64,000 nucleotides of DNA from an uncultured Gammaproteobacteria bacterium (GCA_964405655.1 CAYOOO010000005.1:6335-70334), one strand, 5' to 3'; shown: positions 48,559-61,166, numbered from the stretch's first letter. Made by a program: numbers and translations. The notes: generated by a model not told the origin, from the letters alone.

Positions 48559-49068
48559 TTATCGCAAGCTTCTTTTGCAATGAATCTTGGTATTACTATT
48601 TTCCAAAAGAGCACAGGCTTTAAAGTAAGTCGAACCATCTGTAGGAGTTGTGCTAGAAACCTTCTCATAACCAGTAGGACAAGCGGTCTTACTCCATTCA
48701 CTAACATCAGGATCTCCTACATTAGAGTCTGTTGTTATGCAATAAGGATAACCTACTGGATCTATAGCATTAGTACTACTATCTCCAGGGAAAAGATTTT
48801 TTTCAAAATCAGAGGTTACTAAAGGCTGATAACCTGAGTTTGTCCTCTTAATCTCCAGTGCCTTAACAATTGAATTAACCTCAAGCATCCTTTTAGAATC
48901 CCTACCATTTCTTTGGGTTGTTGAATAGACAGAGTAAGCTGTTACAGAAAGAATAGCTATAATAGAAATAGCTATCATTAATTCTACTAGTGTGAATCCC
49001 TGGTCAGGTATATTAGTCCTTAAAGTAGACATATAATCATTATTTAGCTTTTTTGAATAACATTTCAA
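48559..49068 (-). CDS. Type IV pilin
   Basis: QG/FTLVELM, GRDSKR, ACALLE. Confidence 0.9.
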   Translation of the reverse strand: MKCYSKKLNNDYMSTLRTNIPDQGFTLVELMIAISIIAILSVTAYSVYSTTQRNGRDSKRMLEVNSIVKALEIKRTNSGYQPLVTSDFEKNLFPGDSSTNAIDPVGYPYCITTDSNVGDPDVSEWSKTACPTGYEKVSSTTPTDGSTYFKACALLENSNTKIHCKRSLR

Positions 49069-49126
49069 CAGTTAAACTTAAAGCTAGATTATTTACTTAA
49101 ACAGTGAAAGTAAAAAAGTGGTGAGA

Positions 49127-49645
49127 CTATTTAGTTAAACTAGTAACGCAAAAGAAGGCTGAAGCTCTTTCCATAGAGGCACAAAGCTTCCAAGCTTTGA
49201 TACCGCTATCACTTATATCGGTTGTACCTGCAGTACCTTGTATTGAGGAATCAATTTCAGTATACCCTGCTGGGCATGTGGAAGATCGCCAATTTGTCGC
49301 CGGATCTGCCGGTGGAGCTGTCGATGTAGAACCCTGAATGCAATATGCATATGTACCAGGATCTTGTGGAGCTTTAGATGCAGAAGTGCCTCTTGGATAG
49401 TCATCTGCTGATTCAGTTGTAGTGTATTTATAAGTTCCTGCTGAAGGGTCTTTAGTTGACTCGATATTTTTTGCAAGACTGCCAACTTCCTGCCTTCTTC
49501 TTGCATCTCTTGACGACCCTTGTGCGCCAGTGAAGATACCTAAAGCTACGACTGCTAAAACAGCAATAATAGCAACCACCACCATTAATTCAATTAGGGT
49601 AAAACCTCGGGAAGAGTTTTTATCTTTGGGCAGAAGATTTTTCAT
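49127..49645 (-). CDS. Type IV pilin
   Basis: RG/FTLIELM, SRDARR, LCASME. Confidence 0.9.
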   Translation of the reverse strand: MKNLLPKDKNSSRGFTLIELMVVVAIIAVLAVVALGIFTGAQGSSRDARRRQEVGSLAKNIESTKDPSAGTYKYTTTESADDYPRGTSASKAPQDPGTYAYCIQGSTSTAPPADPATNWRSSTCPAGYTEIDSSIQGTAGTTDISDSGIKAWKLCASMERASAFFCVTSLTK

Positions 49646-49700
49646 TTATATATTTACTATTCCATGTTGAAAAACAGTTGTCAATAGTCAATTTAGAGGA

Positions 49701-50603
49701 TTAAAAACGCAAGCTTAAGTACCAGTCAAGAATTTGCTGTCCCCAGAAGATTGTTAATAACCCTCCGATTGATAAAAATGGCCCAAAAGGGATAGTCTGA
49801 CCGAATTTTTTCTTACCCAAAATTAAAACTATGATTCCAACCAAAGCCCCAATTAGAAAAGCTAGTAGCAAAACTAAAACCGAGTTTGGAAAACCAAAGG
49901 CCAAACCTAAAAATATCCCATATTTTAGATCCCCGCCGCCCATACCTTTTCCCTTAGTAATAAATATTAGTAGTCCAAAAAATATTCCGATTATTACAGC
50001 TGCTACTAGTCCAGTCCAAAGTGGATAAATTGCTAAAATAGCGTGCCGGTAAAAATAATCTGAGTAGGGGGGAAGCAGATATCTACCAATTGCACTATGA
50101 ACAATTGAATTATAAATCAGATAAACCTTATAGGCAGATACCAAGACCAAATAAATTGCTGTAATAATCACTGCCGGCAAAACTACCCGATCAAAGATAA
50201 AACCTTCTTTTATATCTGTTATAAAGACAACCATCAAAATACAAATAATAAAAATATTGAAGGCAAGTTCTATCCAAATTAAAGAAGCACTGATAAAATT
50301 AAGGTCTAATATATTTGCTGGCAGTTTAATTAAAAACAGTAGAGCTATTAAAAAACCCATTAAAACTTCAACTTGCAAATACTCCAATGGGATGGGTTTT
50401 TGGCAATAACGGCATTTACCCCTAAGTAAGATATAAGAGAAAACTGGAAAAAGGTCATACCATCTCAAGTTTTTTTTACACCTTGGACAATATGACCTTC
50501 CCCAGAAAGATTGACCTTTTAGGCTCCTATCCGCTAGTGCTTTAACTAGACTTCCCAGTACCGTGCCTATTGTAAAGCCTAAAATCACAAGCCAAACAAT
50601 CAT
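49701..50603 (-). CDS. pilD: Prepilin peptidase
   Basis: RSYCPRC, GKCRYC, GMGGGDLK, IPFGPFL. Confidence 0.95.
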   Translation of the reverse strand: MIVWLVILGFTIGTVLGSLVKALADRSLKGQSFWGRSYCPRCKKNLRWYDLFPVFSYILLRGKCRYCQKPIPLEYLQVEVLMGFLIALLFLIKLPANILDLNFISASLIWIELAFNIFIICILMVVFITDIKEGFIFDRVVLPAVIITAIYLVLVSAYKVYLIYNSIVHSAIGRYLLPPYSDYFYRHAILAIYPLWTGLVAAVIIGIFFGLLIFITKGKGMGGGDLKYGIFLGLAFGFPNSVLVLLLAFLIGALVGIIVLILGKKKFGQTIPFGPFLSIGGLLTIFWGQQILDWYLSLRF

Positions 50604-50610
50604 TTCCTAA

Positions 50611-51159
50611 TTAGTACGTACAACTACCTCCAGATGCTGCAATCAATGTTAGATCTGAACCAAACTCAAATCGACCAGTTGTATCTGTAGCGTTCTCGTT
50701 TCCACCATCATTGGCCATCCTAGTCTTTTGTTGATCAGACTCAAGGACTGCATTAAGCTCCCAACCTGTACCATTTGAACAATAGGTATAGTGGTTGGTG
50801 GCATTGTTGTTTGGATCAACTGGCAAGACTGGTACCTGGAATGGCTTGGAGCCTGTTAAGTCAACCTTAGCCCAACCTGTTCCATCTTTATTTCTGGCAT
50901 TTGCATCCGTTGATTTACCAGTACAAGGTGTTGAGGTATTAACACATAAGACATTAGCAGCTGAATTAGTTGCATCAGTTACTAAAGCGTTAATAGCGGT
51001 ATTTAGTTGCTGGAGGTCAGCTATCCTTGTAGAATCTTTACCCCTTCTTTGAAGCTCCAAAGGATTAATGATCAACATGACAACTGCAGCCAAAATAGCA
51101 ATAATTGCGATAACTATCAAGAGTTCAACGAGCGTGAACCCGCGGGCAGATTTTCTCAA
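50611..51159 (-). CDS. Probable major type IV pilin, TTG start
   Basis: GGAGGTGA SD then TTG: MRKSARG/FTLVELLIVIAII; LPVDP. Confidence 0.88.
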   Translation of the reverse strand: MRKSARGFTLVELLIVIAIIAILAAVVMLIINPLELQRRGKDSTRIADLQQLNTAINALVTDATNSAANVLCVNTSTPCTGKSTDANARNKDGTGWAKVDLTGSKPFQVPVLPVDPNNNATNHYTYCSNGTGWELNAVLESDQQKTRMANDGGNENATDTTGRFEFGSDLTLIAASGGSCTY

Positions 51160-51243
51160 GTTTTTATCACCTCCTCTAAAAGCTAAACTAATAATTAATT
51201 GTAGACACAACTAATCTACAACAGTCAAGTACCACTTAAAGAC

Positions 51244-52455
51244 CTACGAGATAGATGTGGTTAATTTGTAGATAGGCAGGATTATCGATAATACTAAAAA
51301 TGCAACACCTAGGCCCAAAATAACCAAGATAATTGGTTCTATCACTACTGTTAGGTTTTTAACCAGATGATCCGATTCTGCCTCAAAGTAATCTGCCAGT
51401 TTAAATGAGACCTTATCGACCTTACCTGTCTCCTCTCCAACTCTAAACATTTGAGGAACAATTGGCGGAAAGACTTTAACTGCTTGAAGTTGAGCTGAAA
51501 AAGTTAGGCCCCGCTCAACTCCCTTGATTGTCTCTTGAAGAGCCTTTTTATAAACCATATTGCCAATAACATCAGCCACTATAGTCAGGGCATCAAGAAT
51601 AGGAATCCCAGCTGCTGTCAAAAGCCCGAATGTCCTGGTAAAGTTTGTTAGCGATGTTCCTTGAATAATCTTCCCAACGATTGGAACTCTTAGAAGGTAA
51701 CCATCAAAGGCCAGTTTTCCCTGGGGTCTTGATACCCAACTGCGAAAGACAACGATTCCAAGAATCAAAAAGAGTAAGAGCATCCACCAGAAATTGGTAA
51801 AGAAACCTGAGGTGGCTATTAAAATCTTAGTTGGTACTGGCAGATCAATATCTGACTGACTATAAAGACTTAGCAGTCTAGGTACCACAAAAAACATCAT
51901 TACTCCGACTACCAAAACCATCATGATGATTATGATAACTGGGTAGATCATAGCTCCTCTAATTCGGCTGCGAAACTCCCGATCACGCTCCAAACTTGTG
52001 GCCATCTGAGTGAGCACTATATCCAACTTACCTGACTGTTCGCCACTTTTAACTAAGCTAGCATATAGTTGCGGGAAAACATCAGGATGTTTCCTGATAG
52101 AGGAGGCAAGATCCATCCCTCCTTTGATATCTCTTGAGATCTCCTCTAGAACTGATTTAAATCTTTTATTTGACTGTTGTTCTGATAGAATATCAATTGA
52201 TTCAGACAGTACCAAACCTGATTCAACCATAGTAGCCAACTGCCTGGTGGCTACTACCAAATCACTGAAGGAAACTTTATTAAAAACCCGATCAAAAAAC
52301 TTCTTCCCACCACTCTCATCGCCTTTTTTAACTAAAATAACAATCAGACCCCGTTTACCTAAGATCCTGGCTACTTGTTTATCATCAGTTGTTTCGATTG
52401 TTCCTTTGTGATCAACACCTTGCAAGTCTCTAGCAATATAGTTGAATGTAGGCAT
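51244..52455 (-). CDS. pilC: Type IV pilus platform protein
   Basis: RQLATM, GEQSGKL, AMIYP, GEETG. Confidence 0.95.
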   Translation of the reverse strand: MPTFNYIARDLQGVDHKGTIETTDDKQVARILGKRGLIVILVKKGDESGGKKFFDRVFNKVSFSDLVVATRQLATMVESGLVLSESIDILSEQQSNKRFKSVLEEISRDIKGGMDLASSIRKHPDVFPQLYASLVKSGEQSGKLDIVLTQMATSLERDREFRSRIRGAMIYPVIIIIMMVLVVGVMMFFVVPRLLSLYSQSDIDLPVPTKILIATSGFFTNFWWMLLLFLILGIVVFRSWVSRPQGKLAFDGYLLRVPIVGKIIQGTSLTNFTRTFGLLTAAGIPILDALTIVADVIGNMVYKKALQETIKGVERGLTFSAQLQAVKVFPPIVPQMFRVGEETGKVDKVSFKLADYFEAESDHLVKNLTVVIEPIILVILGLGVAFLVLSIILPIYKLTTSIS

Positions 52456-52462
52456 CTTTTAA

Positions 52463-53524
52463 TTAAGTACTTACGCCCAGTAGCTTGTTAAGCAAAGCCG
52501 GACGGAGGGCGTAATTTTGAGCAGTTATAGAGGTAATCTTTCCTTCTCGGACTAAAATAGATAGGGAAGTCTCCAAATTCATCATCCCTAACTCACCTGA
52601 GGTTTGAATTAGATTATCAATTAGATGGGTTTTGCCTTCTCTAATCAAATTCCTTAAAGCCGGCGAGCCAAACAATAGCTCTGTTGCCAAAACCCGGCCA
52701 GGAGTATAGGTAGGCACCAGTCTTTGGGCAATAATCGCTTCAATCACTGCAGCCAGTTGGGTTCTGATTTGATACTGCTGTTTTTCCGGAAAAACGTCAA
52801 TAATACGATCTACTGTCTGGGCTGCTGAGTTGGTATGTAAAGTTGCAAAAACTAGATGGCCAGTTTCAGCAATAGTCATAGCTGAGGAGATAGTCTCCAA
52901 ATCTCTCATCTCGCCAATTAGTACAACATCTGGATCTTCTCTTAAAGCAGCCTTAAGAGCGTTTGACCAGGATTTAGTATCGGAGTTAAGTTCCCGCTGA
53001 GAAATTAGCGACCTGCCCGGGGGATAAACATACTCAATCGGATCCTCAATAGTGATTACATGGGTATTTCGAGTATTGTTAATTTGATTTATAAAAGCAG
53101 CCAGAGTAGTTGACTTACCGTGTCCAGTTGGACCAGTCACTAAGACCAAACCTTGTTTTAAGTCGCTAATTCTTGAGACGGTAGTTGGCAACCCCAAGCT
53201 TTCAATCGATCTAATTACCATTGGTATCAATCTGAATGCTGCCGCTAAACTATTTTTTTGACGATAAATATTAATCCTAAATCTGGCTTTATTCTCAAAA
53301 TCTACACCAAAATCCAACTCCCAGTTTGATCTTAAGACCTCTCTTTGAAACTGCGAGATCAAAGGAAAAACTAACTGTTCAACATCTTGAGCGGTTAACT
53401 TATCAGTCCCAGGGATAGGTATTAGTTCACCGTTAACTCTTAAGATTGGGTTGTTTCCAACTACTAAATGCAGATCAGAAGCGTTTTTTGAGATTGTGAT
53501 ATCCAAAAGCTGATGGATTGTCAT
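52463..53524 (-). CDS. pilT: Type IV pilus retraction ATPase
   Basis: ASDLHL, GPTGHGKSTT, ALREDPD, AETGHLVFATLH. Confidence 0.96.
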   Translation of the reverse strand: MTIHQLLDITISKNASDLHLVVGNNPILRVNGELIPIPGTDKLTAQDVEQLVFPLISQFQREVLRSNWELDFGVDFENKARFRINIYRQKNSLAAAFRLIPMVIRSIESLGLPTTVSRISDLKQGLVLVTGPTGHGKSTTLAAFINQINNTRNTHVITIEDPIEYVYPPGRSLISQRELNSDTKSWSNALKAALREDPDVVLIGEMRDLETISSAMTIAETGHLVFATLHTNSAAQTVDRIIDVFPEKQQYQIRTQLAAVIEAIIAQRLVPTYTPGRVLATELLFGSPALRNLIREGKTHLIDNLIQTSGELGMMNLETSLSILVREGKITSITAQNYALRPALLNKLLGVST

Positions 53525-53531
53525 ACATTAG

Positions 53532-55235
53532 TTAGTCTTGGGCGACCCTTAGTACCTCCTCTAAAGTAGTAATTCCCTCTATTGCTTTGAGATAACCATC
53601 CTGTTTTAAAGTTATCATGCCTTCTTCAATGGCTTGTTTTTCAATCTCTGCTGCTGAAGATCTTGTTAGAATCATTCGCATGATCTTGTCTGAAATAATC
53701 AATACCTCATAAATTCCAGTTCTGCCTAAGTAGCCTAAATTGCCACACTGCTTACAACCTTTACCCTTGTAGAGTTGAATAGATTTCTCTGGTGCTAAGT
53801 TGCCCAAGGCAAACTTTATATTACTGACAACCTCAGGTGGGGGATTATAAGCATATTTACAGTGTGGACAAATTTTACGCAAGATTCTCTGTCCCTCAAC
53901 AGCATTGATTGAGGAAGCCAGGAGAAATGGTTCGGCACCCATATCCATCAGTCTTGGCAGGGCACCAGAGGCAGAGTTAGTGTGCAAGGTTGAGAAAACC
54001 TGGTGACCAGTTAGAGCTGCCTGGATTGCTAAATCGGTAGTCTCACTATCTCTAATCTCTCCCACCAAAATAATATTTGGGTCTTGTCTTAGGAAAGACC
54101 TTAAAGCTGAAGCAAAGGTTAAACCAATCGTTGTGTTAACTTGAACCTGATTAGTCCCAACAATTTGATATTCTACTGGATCCTCAATTGTCAAAATATT
54201 AACTCTAGTAGTAGATAGTTTAGATAGAATTGAATAAAGCGTGGTCGTTTTACCTGAACCCGTTGGTCCACAAATCAAAATAATTCCATGAGTTCGCAGC
54301 AGCTGATTCTCTAAGTTTTTTAAAGCATTACTTCTTAAACCAAGCTCAGAAAGTGTTGGGGGTTTGTCTGATTTTGACAGCAGCCTCATGACAACCTTTT
54401 CACCAAAAACAGTTGGTAAAGTTGAAATTCTTAGGTCAATCTCTTTACCTAGGAATTCAAAATCAAACCTGCCGTCTTGAGGTAATCTTCTTTCATCAAT
54501 TTTTAAATTTGACAAGATCTTAACCCTGGAAACAAGGGCATCATGAACTTTCTTAGGTAAAATTACTTTTTCATGCAAAATTCCGTCAATTCTATAACGG
54601 ACTCTAGTTTGATCCTCTTCTGGCTCGATATGAACATCTGAAGCCCGAGTTTTAACTGCGTACTCTAAAAGCTGGGTTATAATATTGGCAACTGGTGCTT
54701 CTCTGATTACCTCAGTCTTATCAAAATCAGACTTTTCCTCTTGGGGAGCTATAGCACTAACCTCCTTTAGGGCTGAAGCTACCTCAGTAGTTAAATTCTG
54801 ACGGTATTGCTCAGTTATAGACTTAACAATATCTTCCTCTAAACCCAAATACCGTATGATCTTACGATTGGATTTTTTCTCAATAAACTGAATAACCTGA
54901 AGATCTAAAGGGTCTACCATTGCCACAGAGATACCATCAGCCGAGGAATCAAAAGGTATAAGTTTATAGCGCCTGGCTACAGGCTCGGGTATCAGGTTCA
55001 AAACCTCCGAGGAGATGGCTATACCCTCAAGTTTGACGAAAGGTACACCAAGCTGCTTGGCGTGTGCCTGAGCAATCTGATCGTTGGTAGCAAAGTTATG
55101 CTCACGGATGATCTTTTCTGAAGATTGACCAGAGTTAATACTTTCAAGCTTGATAGCTGAAACTTGTTCAGGTCTAAGTATTCCTTCCTGTGCCAGGATG
55201 TCTTCAAGTGCTTGTTGTTGGGCAGTCTGCTGCAT
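53532..55235 (-). CDS. pilB: Type IV pilus assembly ATPase
   Basis: ASDVHIEP, RRLPQDGR, GPTGSGKTT, RQDPN, CPHC..GCKQC. Confidence 0.96.
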   Translation of the reverse strand: MQQTAQQQALEDILAQEGILRPEQVSAIKLESINSGQSSEKIIREHNFATNDQIAQAHAKQLGVPFVKLEGIAISSEVLNLIPEPVARRYKLIPFDSSADGISVAMVDPLDLQVIQFIEKKSNRKIIRYLGLEEDIVKSITEQYRQNLTTEVASALKEVSAIAPQEEKSDFDKTEVIREAPVANIITQLLEYAVKTRASDVHIEPEEDQTRVRYRIDGILHEKVILPKKVHDALVSRVKILSNLKIDERRLPQDGRFDFEFLGKEIDLRISTLPTVFGEKVVMRLLSKSDKPPTLSELGLRSNALKNLENQLLRTHGIILICGPTGSGKTTTLYSILSKLSTTRVNILTIEDPVEYQIVGTNQVQVNTTIGLTFASALRSFLRQDPNIILVGEIRDSETTDLAIQAALTGHQVFSTLHTNSASGALPRLMDMGAEPFLLASSINAVEGQRILRKICPHCKYAYNPPPEVVSNIKFALGNLAPEKSIQLYKGKGCKQCGNLGYLGRTGIYEVLIISDKIMRMILTRSSAAEIEKQAIEEGMITLKQDGYLKAIEGITTLEEVLRVAQD

Positions 55236-55315
55236 ACTAAAATTTCCCCAAAACTAATTTGGGTTTAAACTCATTATCAACAATTTCCAAGATGACTGTC
55301 AATCCTCTCTGTAAA

Positions 55316-55352
55316 CCCACACCGGGTGTGTGCTAGGTAGACACATCAGGAT
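55316..55352 (-). repeat. REP-like flank downstream of RAYT
   Basis: Reverse complement is 29/37 identical to 56053-56089; CACACC-G-GGTGTG palindrome. Confidence 0.8.
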
Positions 55353-55358
55353 TATCTA

Positions 55359-56033
55359 TTATTCTAAAGCCAGGTGCTTAATTTCTTCTAATCTCCTTTG
55401 ATAATCAATTTGATTTAGATGAAAGTCCGTAAATTGTTGCAGAGAAGAAAATAAACTCAAGATTAAACCTGTTGTAACCGTCCTGTTTCTGGCTTTTTCC
55501 AGATAAAAAGGATAAGAAGACCAAAAATAACTTTCTAACTCTTTGGAATCCTTTAAAATAAATGAGGTAAGGGGATTGAGGTGAATGTAGCGGCAGACAT
55601 GGACAAGTTGTTCATCTGTTTCTATCCTCACAGCCTTAAACATTGACTGAAAAACTGCTCCAGTCCTTTCGGACTTGAGATTAAAATATTTAGCATAGCT
55701 ATTTTGAAAATTCCTCATAAAGGTAGAGATCCCTCCAAGCTGAATTTCTTTCATTAATAAATGGAAATGATTTGGCATTAAGCAAAACGCCAATATGTCA
55801 ACTTGTCTCTTACCCTTATTTTTTAAATTGATTAAGAATTCTGATTTTTGTTTAGCCTGTAAACGATTATAGTGAGAAAAACGTAAAATAGGTCTCTCAT
55901 AACTATAAAATTCCAAAATATCTAGAGCCCTATGATAATCTTTTTCAGTAAGGAAAATAGGCTGTCTAGCAATACTACGGTTTAAAACATGGTATATTTC
56001 ACCAGTAATTAGAGGAATTCTACGGTATGGCAT
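55359..56033 (-). mobile_element. REP-associated tyrosine transposase (RAYT, Y1 HUH)
   Basis: YHVLNR, FCLMPNHFHLL (HUH), YAKYFN, RYIHLNP, WSSY. Confidence 0.9.
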
Positions 56034-56052
56034 ACTTCCACTCTATCAATCT

Positions 56053-56089
56053 ATCCTTAGGTGTCAAGCTGTTCCACACCCGGTGTGGG
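56053..56089 (+). repeat. REP-like flank upstream of RAYT, containing its -35
   Basis: CCACACC-C-GGTGTGG; minus strand TTGACA-16-TAGAGT-6-ATG. Confidence 0.8.
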
Positions 56090-56135
56090 AAATTGTCTGT
56101 CAATTACACCTAATCTGTTATTATATGGTCTTGAG

Positions 56136-56774
56136 ATGATGGCCAGATTAATTATTGCAAAAGCTTTAGAAGACAGACAAGCTTTGTTTGAAGAAATTTT
56201 GAAAAACAAAAGTCTTAAGATTTACCACCCTGACGTTTTATATATTAAGGATGAGGAAAAATTAGGCATCCAACAAGCTAAAAAAATTATTGAGCATTTA
56301 AGCTTCAAACCGCTTAAGGCAGAAGGCAAAGCAGTGGTGGTGGAAAGCGCTCAAAATCTCACAGTTGAGGCGCAAAATGCTCTTTTAAAAACACTTGAGG
56401 AACCACCAGAACAAGCCTTAATTATTTTAGCAGCAGAGGATGAGAACAATCTTCTTCCAACCATTCTCTCCAGATGCCAGCTGATAAATATAAACCAAGC
56501 TCGGGGAACTGATAATTTATCTGAAGACGAAGACCAAGTTGAACAATTTATCAAAATGGATGTAACTGGCCGGTTTGACTTTATAGAAAAACTTGAAGAT
56601 AAAGAGGCTTTTTTACAAGCTTTGACAGTTTACTTTAGACAACAAGCTCTAGATTTTAATCAATCTGCTCTTGAGTCTAGCAAATTACTTTTAGAGGCTC
56701 ATGAGTGGGCTCAAGCGAGTATCAATTTAAGAGCTATTTTGGAATATTTAGCTTTAAAGTTAAAAGTGGTGTAG
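56136..56774 (+). CDS. holB: DNA polymerase III delta' subunit, N-terminally reduced
   Basis: HPDV, AQNALLKTLEEPP, LLPTILSRC; the GTG at 56061 lies inside the REP. Confidence 0.85.
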   Translation: MMARLIIAKALEDRQALFEEILKNKSLKIYHPDVLYIKDEEKLGIQQAKKIIEHLSFKPLKAEGKAVVVESAQNLTVEAQNALLKTLEEPPEQALIILAAEDENNLLPTILSRCQLININQARGTDNLSEDEDQVEQFIKMDVTGRFDFIEKLEDKEAFLQALTVYFRQQALDFNQSALESSKLLLEAHEWAQASINLRAILEYLALKLKVV

Positions 56775-56879
56775 AATTGGCACAGTAGTAAAAGATACTC
56801 GGGTTTAGCTCACTATATCAAGCTAATCCCATTAGTATAGTTTGCATAACGGCAGCCCTTTATGTTAAACTTAGTTTAG

Positions 56880-58967
<2,088 letters not shown>

Positions 58968-58994
58968 GCCACAAATAGATAAAATTCTCCTATC

Positions 58995-59774
58995 ATGATG
59001 AATTTTAGGTCTGTGTCAGCAGTAGTGCTGGCTGGTGGAAAAGGGAAAAGACTAAACAGCAAAACTCCCAAGGTCTTAAATGAAATTGGCGGTAGGCCAA
59101 TGGTTTTTTATAGCTTAGAAAAACTCATTAATTTGGGAATCAAAGATATTATTGTGGTAATTGGATACAAAGCCTCTGAAGTCCAAAAAGCTACTAGTTT
59201 TCTAGGATTTAATTTCAAATATGCCTTACAAAAAAAGCCTTTAGGTACAGGAGATGCAACCAAAGCAGCTTTGAAAAAAGTAGATAAAAAAACTAAAACC
59301 CTGCTTGTTGTTAACGGAGATGATTCAGCTTTCTACAAAGTCTCTTCATTAAAATCTTTTTTAAATTCACATTTTAAAACCAAAGCGACTATCAGCCTGC
59401 TGACCCTTTTACCAAAAAAAGAAAAGCCTATTGCCAGGGTAATCAGAAATTTATCTGGTGAGTTTATGAGGATTTTAGAGTATAACGAATATGTTAAATC
59501 GTCAGCTAAAAGTAAAGAGATTAACTGTGGGGCCTACATTTTTGATGCTAAGTGGTTAAAAGAAAACATCAACAATATTAAAAAGAATAGTTTAACTGGC
59601 GAGTATTACATCACTCAACTTCTGGAAATTGCCAAAGATCAACACCAAAGAATTAATCTGCATCAGCTTAAAAACGAAGCAGAGTGGGTTGGGGTCAATA
59701 CACAAGCAGAGCTGCACTATGCCAACAACATGTTCATAAAAAGTAAAGGAAGGAATTCAACTAATAGAAAGTAG
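58995..59774 (+). CDS. GlmU N-terminal-like sugar-phosphate nucleotidyltransferase (no acetyltransferase domain)
   Basis: LAGGKGKR, PKVL, QKKPLGTG, GEYYIT, GVNT. Confidence 0.85.
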   Translation: MMNFRSVSAVVLAGGKGKRLNSKTPKVLNEIGGRPMVFYSLEKLINLGIKDIIVVIGYKASEVQKATSFLGFNFKYALQKKPLGTGDATKAALKKVDKKTKTLLVVNGDDSAFYKVSSLKSFLNSHFKTKATISLLTLLPKKEKPIARVIRNLSGEFMRILEYNEYVKSSAKSKEINCGAYIFDAKWLKENINNIKKNSLTGEYYITQLLEIAKDQHQRINLHQLKNEAEWVGVNTQAELHYANNMFIKSKGRNSTNRK

Positions 59775-59816
59775 TCGACGATTTGGCAGAAAAAAGCTAA
59801 TCGAAGACTAAAAATT

Positions 59817-61166
59817 ATGACCAATTCCGTCGAGAAAATACATTTTCTAGGCATAGGAGGTAGTGGAACTTCAGCTGCAGCTGGGATTGCCCAAGCTCAA
59901 GGATATACTGTAACAGGTTGCGATAAAGATGAAGTTGCTTTATCAAATGAGTTTGCTTCAATCTTTGATAAATCAATACTTTCTCTAGGGCATTCTCCCG
60001 ATCATCTGCACAATGTTGACCTTCTGGTAATCACTCCGGCGATTTTATCTTTAGACCCCAATAATGAAGAGCTAAAAGCTGCTAAAGAAAAAAAGATTAA
60101 GATTATGACCTGGCAACAGTTTATGGGTAGATTCTTAATGAAAAATAAATATGTCATTGCAGTTTGTGGCAGCCATGGAAAATCGACAACTACTGCCATG
60201 ATCGGACTTATGCTTGAAGATAGCGGGCTAGACCCAACTGTTGAACTTGGAGCAATAATCCCAGAATGGGGAACTAATTTTAGGGTAGGCAAGGGTAAAT
60301 ATTTTGTAACAGAAGCTGATGAATTTAATGATAACTTTCTATCAATAACTCCCAACATTGCAGTTGTCATAAATATTGATTTTGATCACCCAGAGTACTT
60401 TAAAAATCCTACTGCTTATAAAAGATCTTTCCAAAACTTTTTACATAAAACTAAAGACTTAATAATTGCTAATTTAGAAGATCCTGTAGTAGCAGAAGTT
60501 CTAGCTTTCCACCTCGGAGGTGGACAGTCAAATTATGGATTATTCTTTAAACCTGTAGTAGATTACTCAAAGGTCTTAATTGACTTTCCTCTAAAGGTCA
60601 TTGGTCATCACAACAGATCTAACGCCACAGCTGCTTTTATGGTTGGAAAAACTTTAGGTTTGAATCAAAAAAGGATTGAGCAAAACTTAGCAAATTACAC
60701 AGGAATTGGCAGAAGAATGGAATTTTTAGGCAAGTTTAAAGGAGCTGATGTTTATTTGGATTTTGGTCACCATCCAACAGAAATTAAAACTACTATCGAG
60801 GCTGTCAAAGAAAAATTTCCTGATAAGGATATCATTTTAGTTTACCAACCCCATATGTTTTCTCGAACAAAGGCTTTATTTAAAGATTTTATCAAAGTCT
60901 TTAGTCAACTGGAAATCTTTAGAATTTATATTATGGATATTTATCCATCTAGAGAAATCGATACTGGACTGGTGGATAGTGAAGAGTTAGTAGATGCTAT
61001 AGATCAAAAAAGACCTCCTCTGAAACACACAAATACTAGTTATGCTCCTTACAGAGAAGAACTCATTCAAAACTTGAAGCATGATATAAAAGAGGAGGAC
61101 ATTATGATCTTTATGGGTGCAGGAGATATTGATAAATTAGCCAAGGAGATTGTCAAAAATGGATGA
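59817..61166 (+). CDS. murC: UDP-N-acetylmuramate--L-alanine ligase
   Basis: GIGGSG, GSHGKSTT, EADE, DFGHHPTE, QPH, GAGDI. Confidence 0.95.
   Translation: MTNSVEKIHFLGIGGSGTSAAAGIAQAQGYTVTGCDKDEVALSNEFASIFDKSILSLGHSPDHLHNVDLLVITPAILSLDPNNEELKAAKEKKIKIMTWQQFMGRFLMKNKYVIAVCGSHGKSTTTAMIGLMLEDSGLDPTVELGAIIPEWGTNFRVGKGKYFVTEADEFNDNFLSITPNIAVVINIDFDHPEYFKNPTAYKRSFQNFLHKTKDLIIANLEDPVVAEVLAFHLGGGQSNYGLFFKPVVDYSKVLIDFPLKVIGHHNRSNATAAFMVGKTLGLNQKRIEQNLANYTGIGRRMEFLGKFKGADVYLDFGHHPTEIKTTIEAVKEKFPDKDIILVYQPHMFSRTKALFKDFIKVFSQLEIFRIYIMDIYPSREIDTGLVDSEELVDAIDQKRPPLKHTNTSYAPYREELIQNLKHDIKEEDIMIFMGAGDIDKLAKEIVKNG
60508..60524. repeat. REP-like palindrome inside murC
   Basis: TCCACCTC-G-GAGGTGGA with perfect 8-bp arms; encodes FHLGGG. 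Confidence 0.65.

Noticed and set aside
56061-56135. N-terminal extension of HolB (MSSCSTPGV)
   Set aside because: The GTG start lies within the REP flank; the ATGs at 56136/56139 are more plausible
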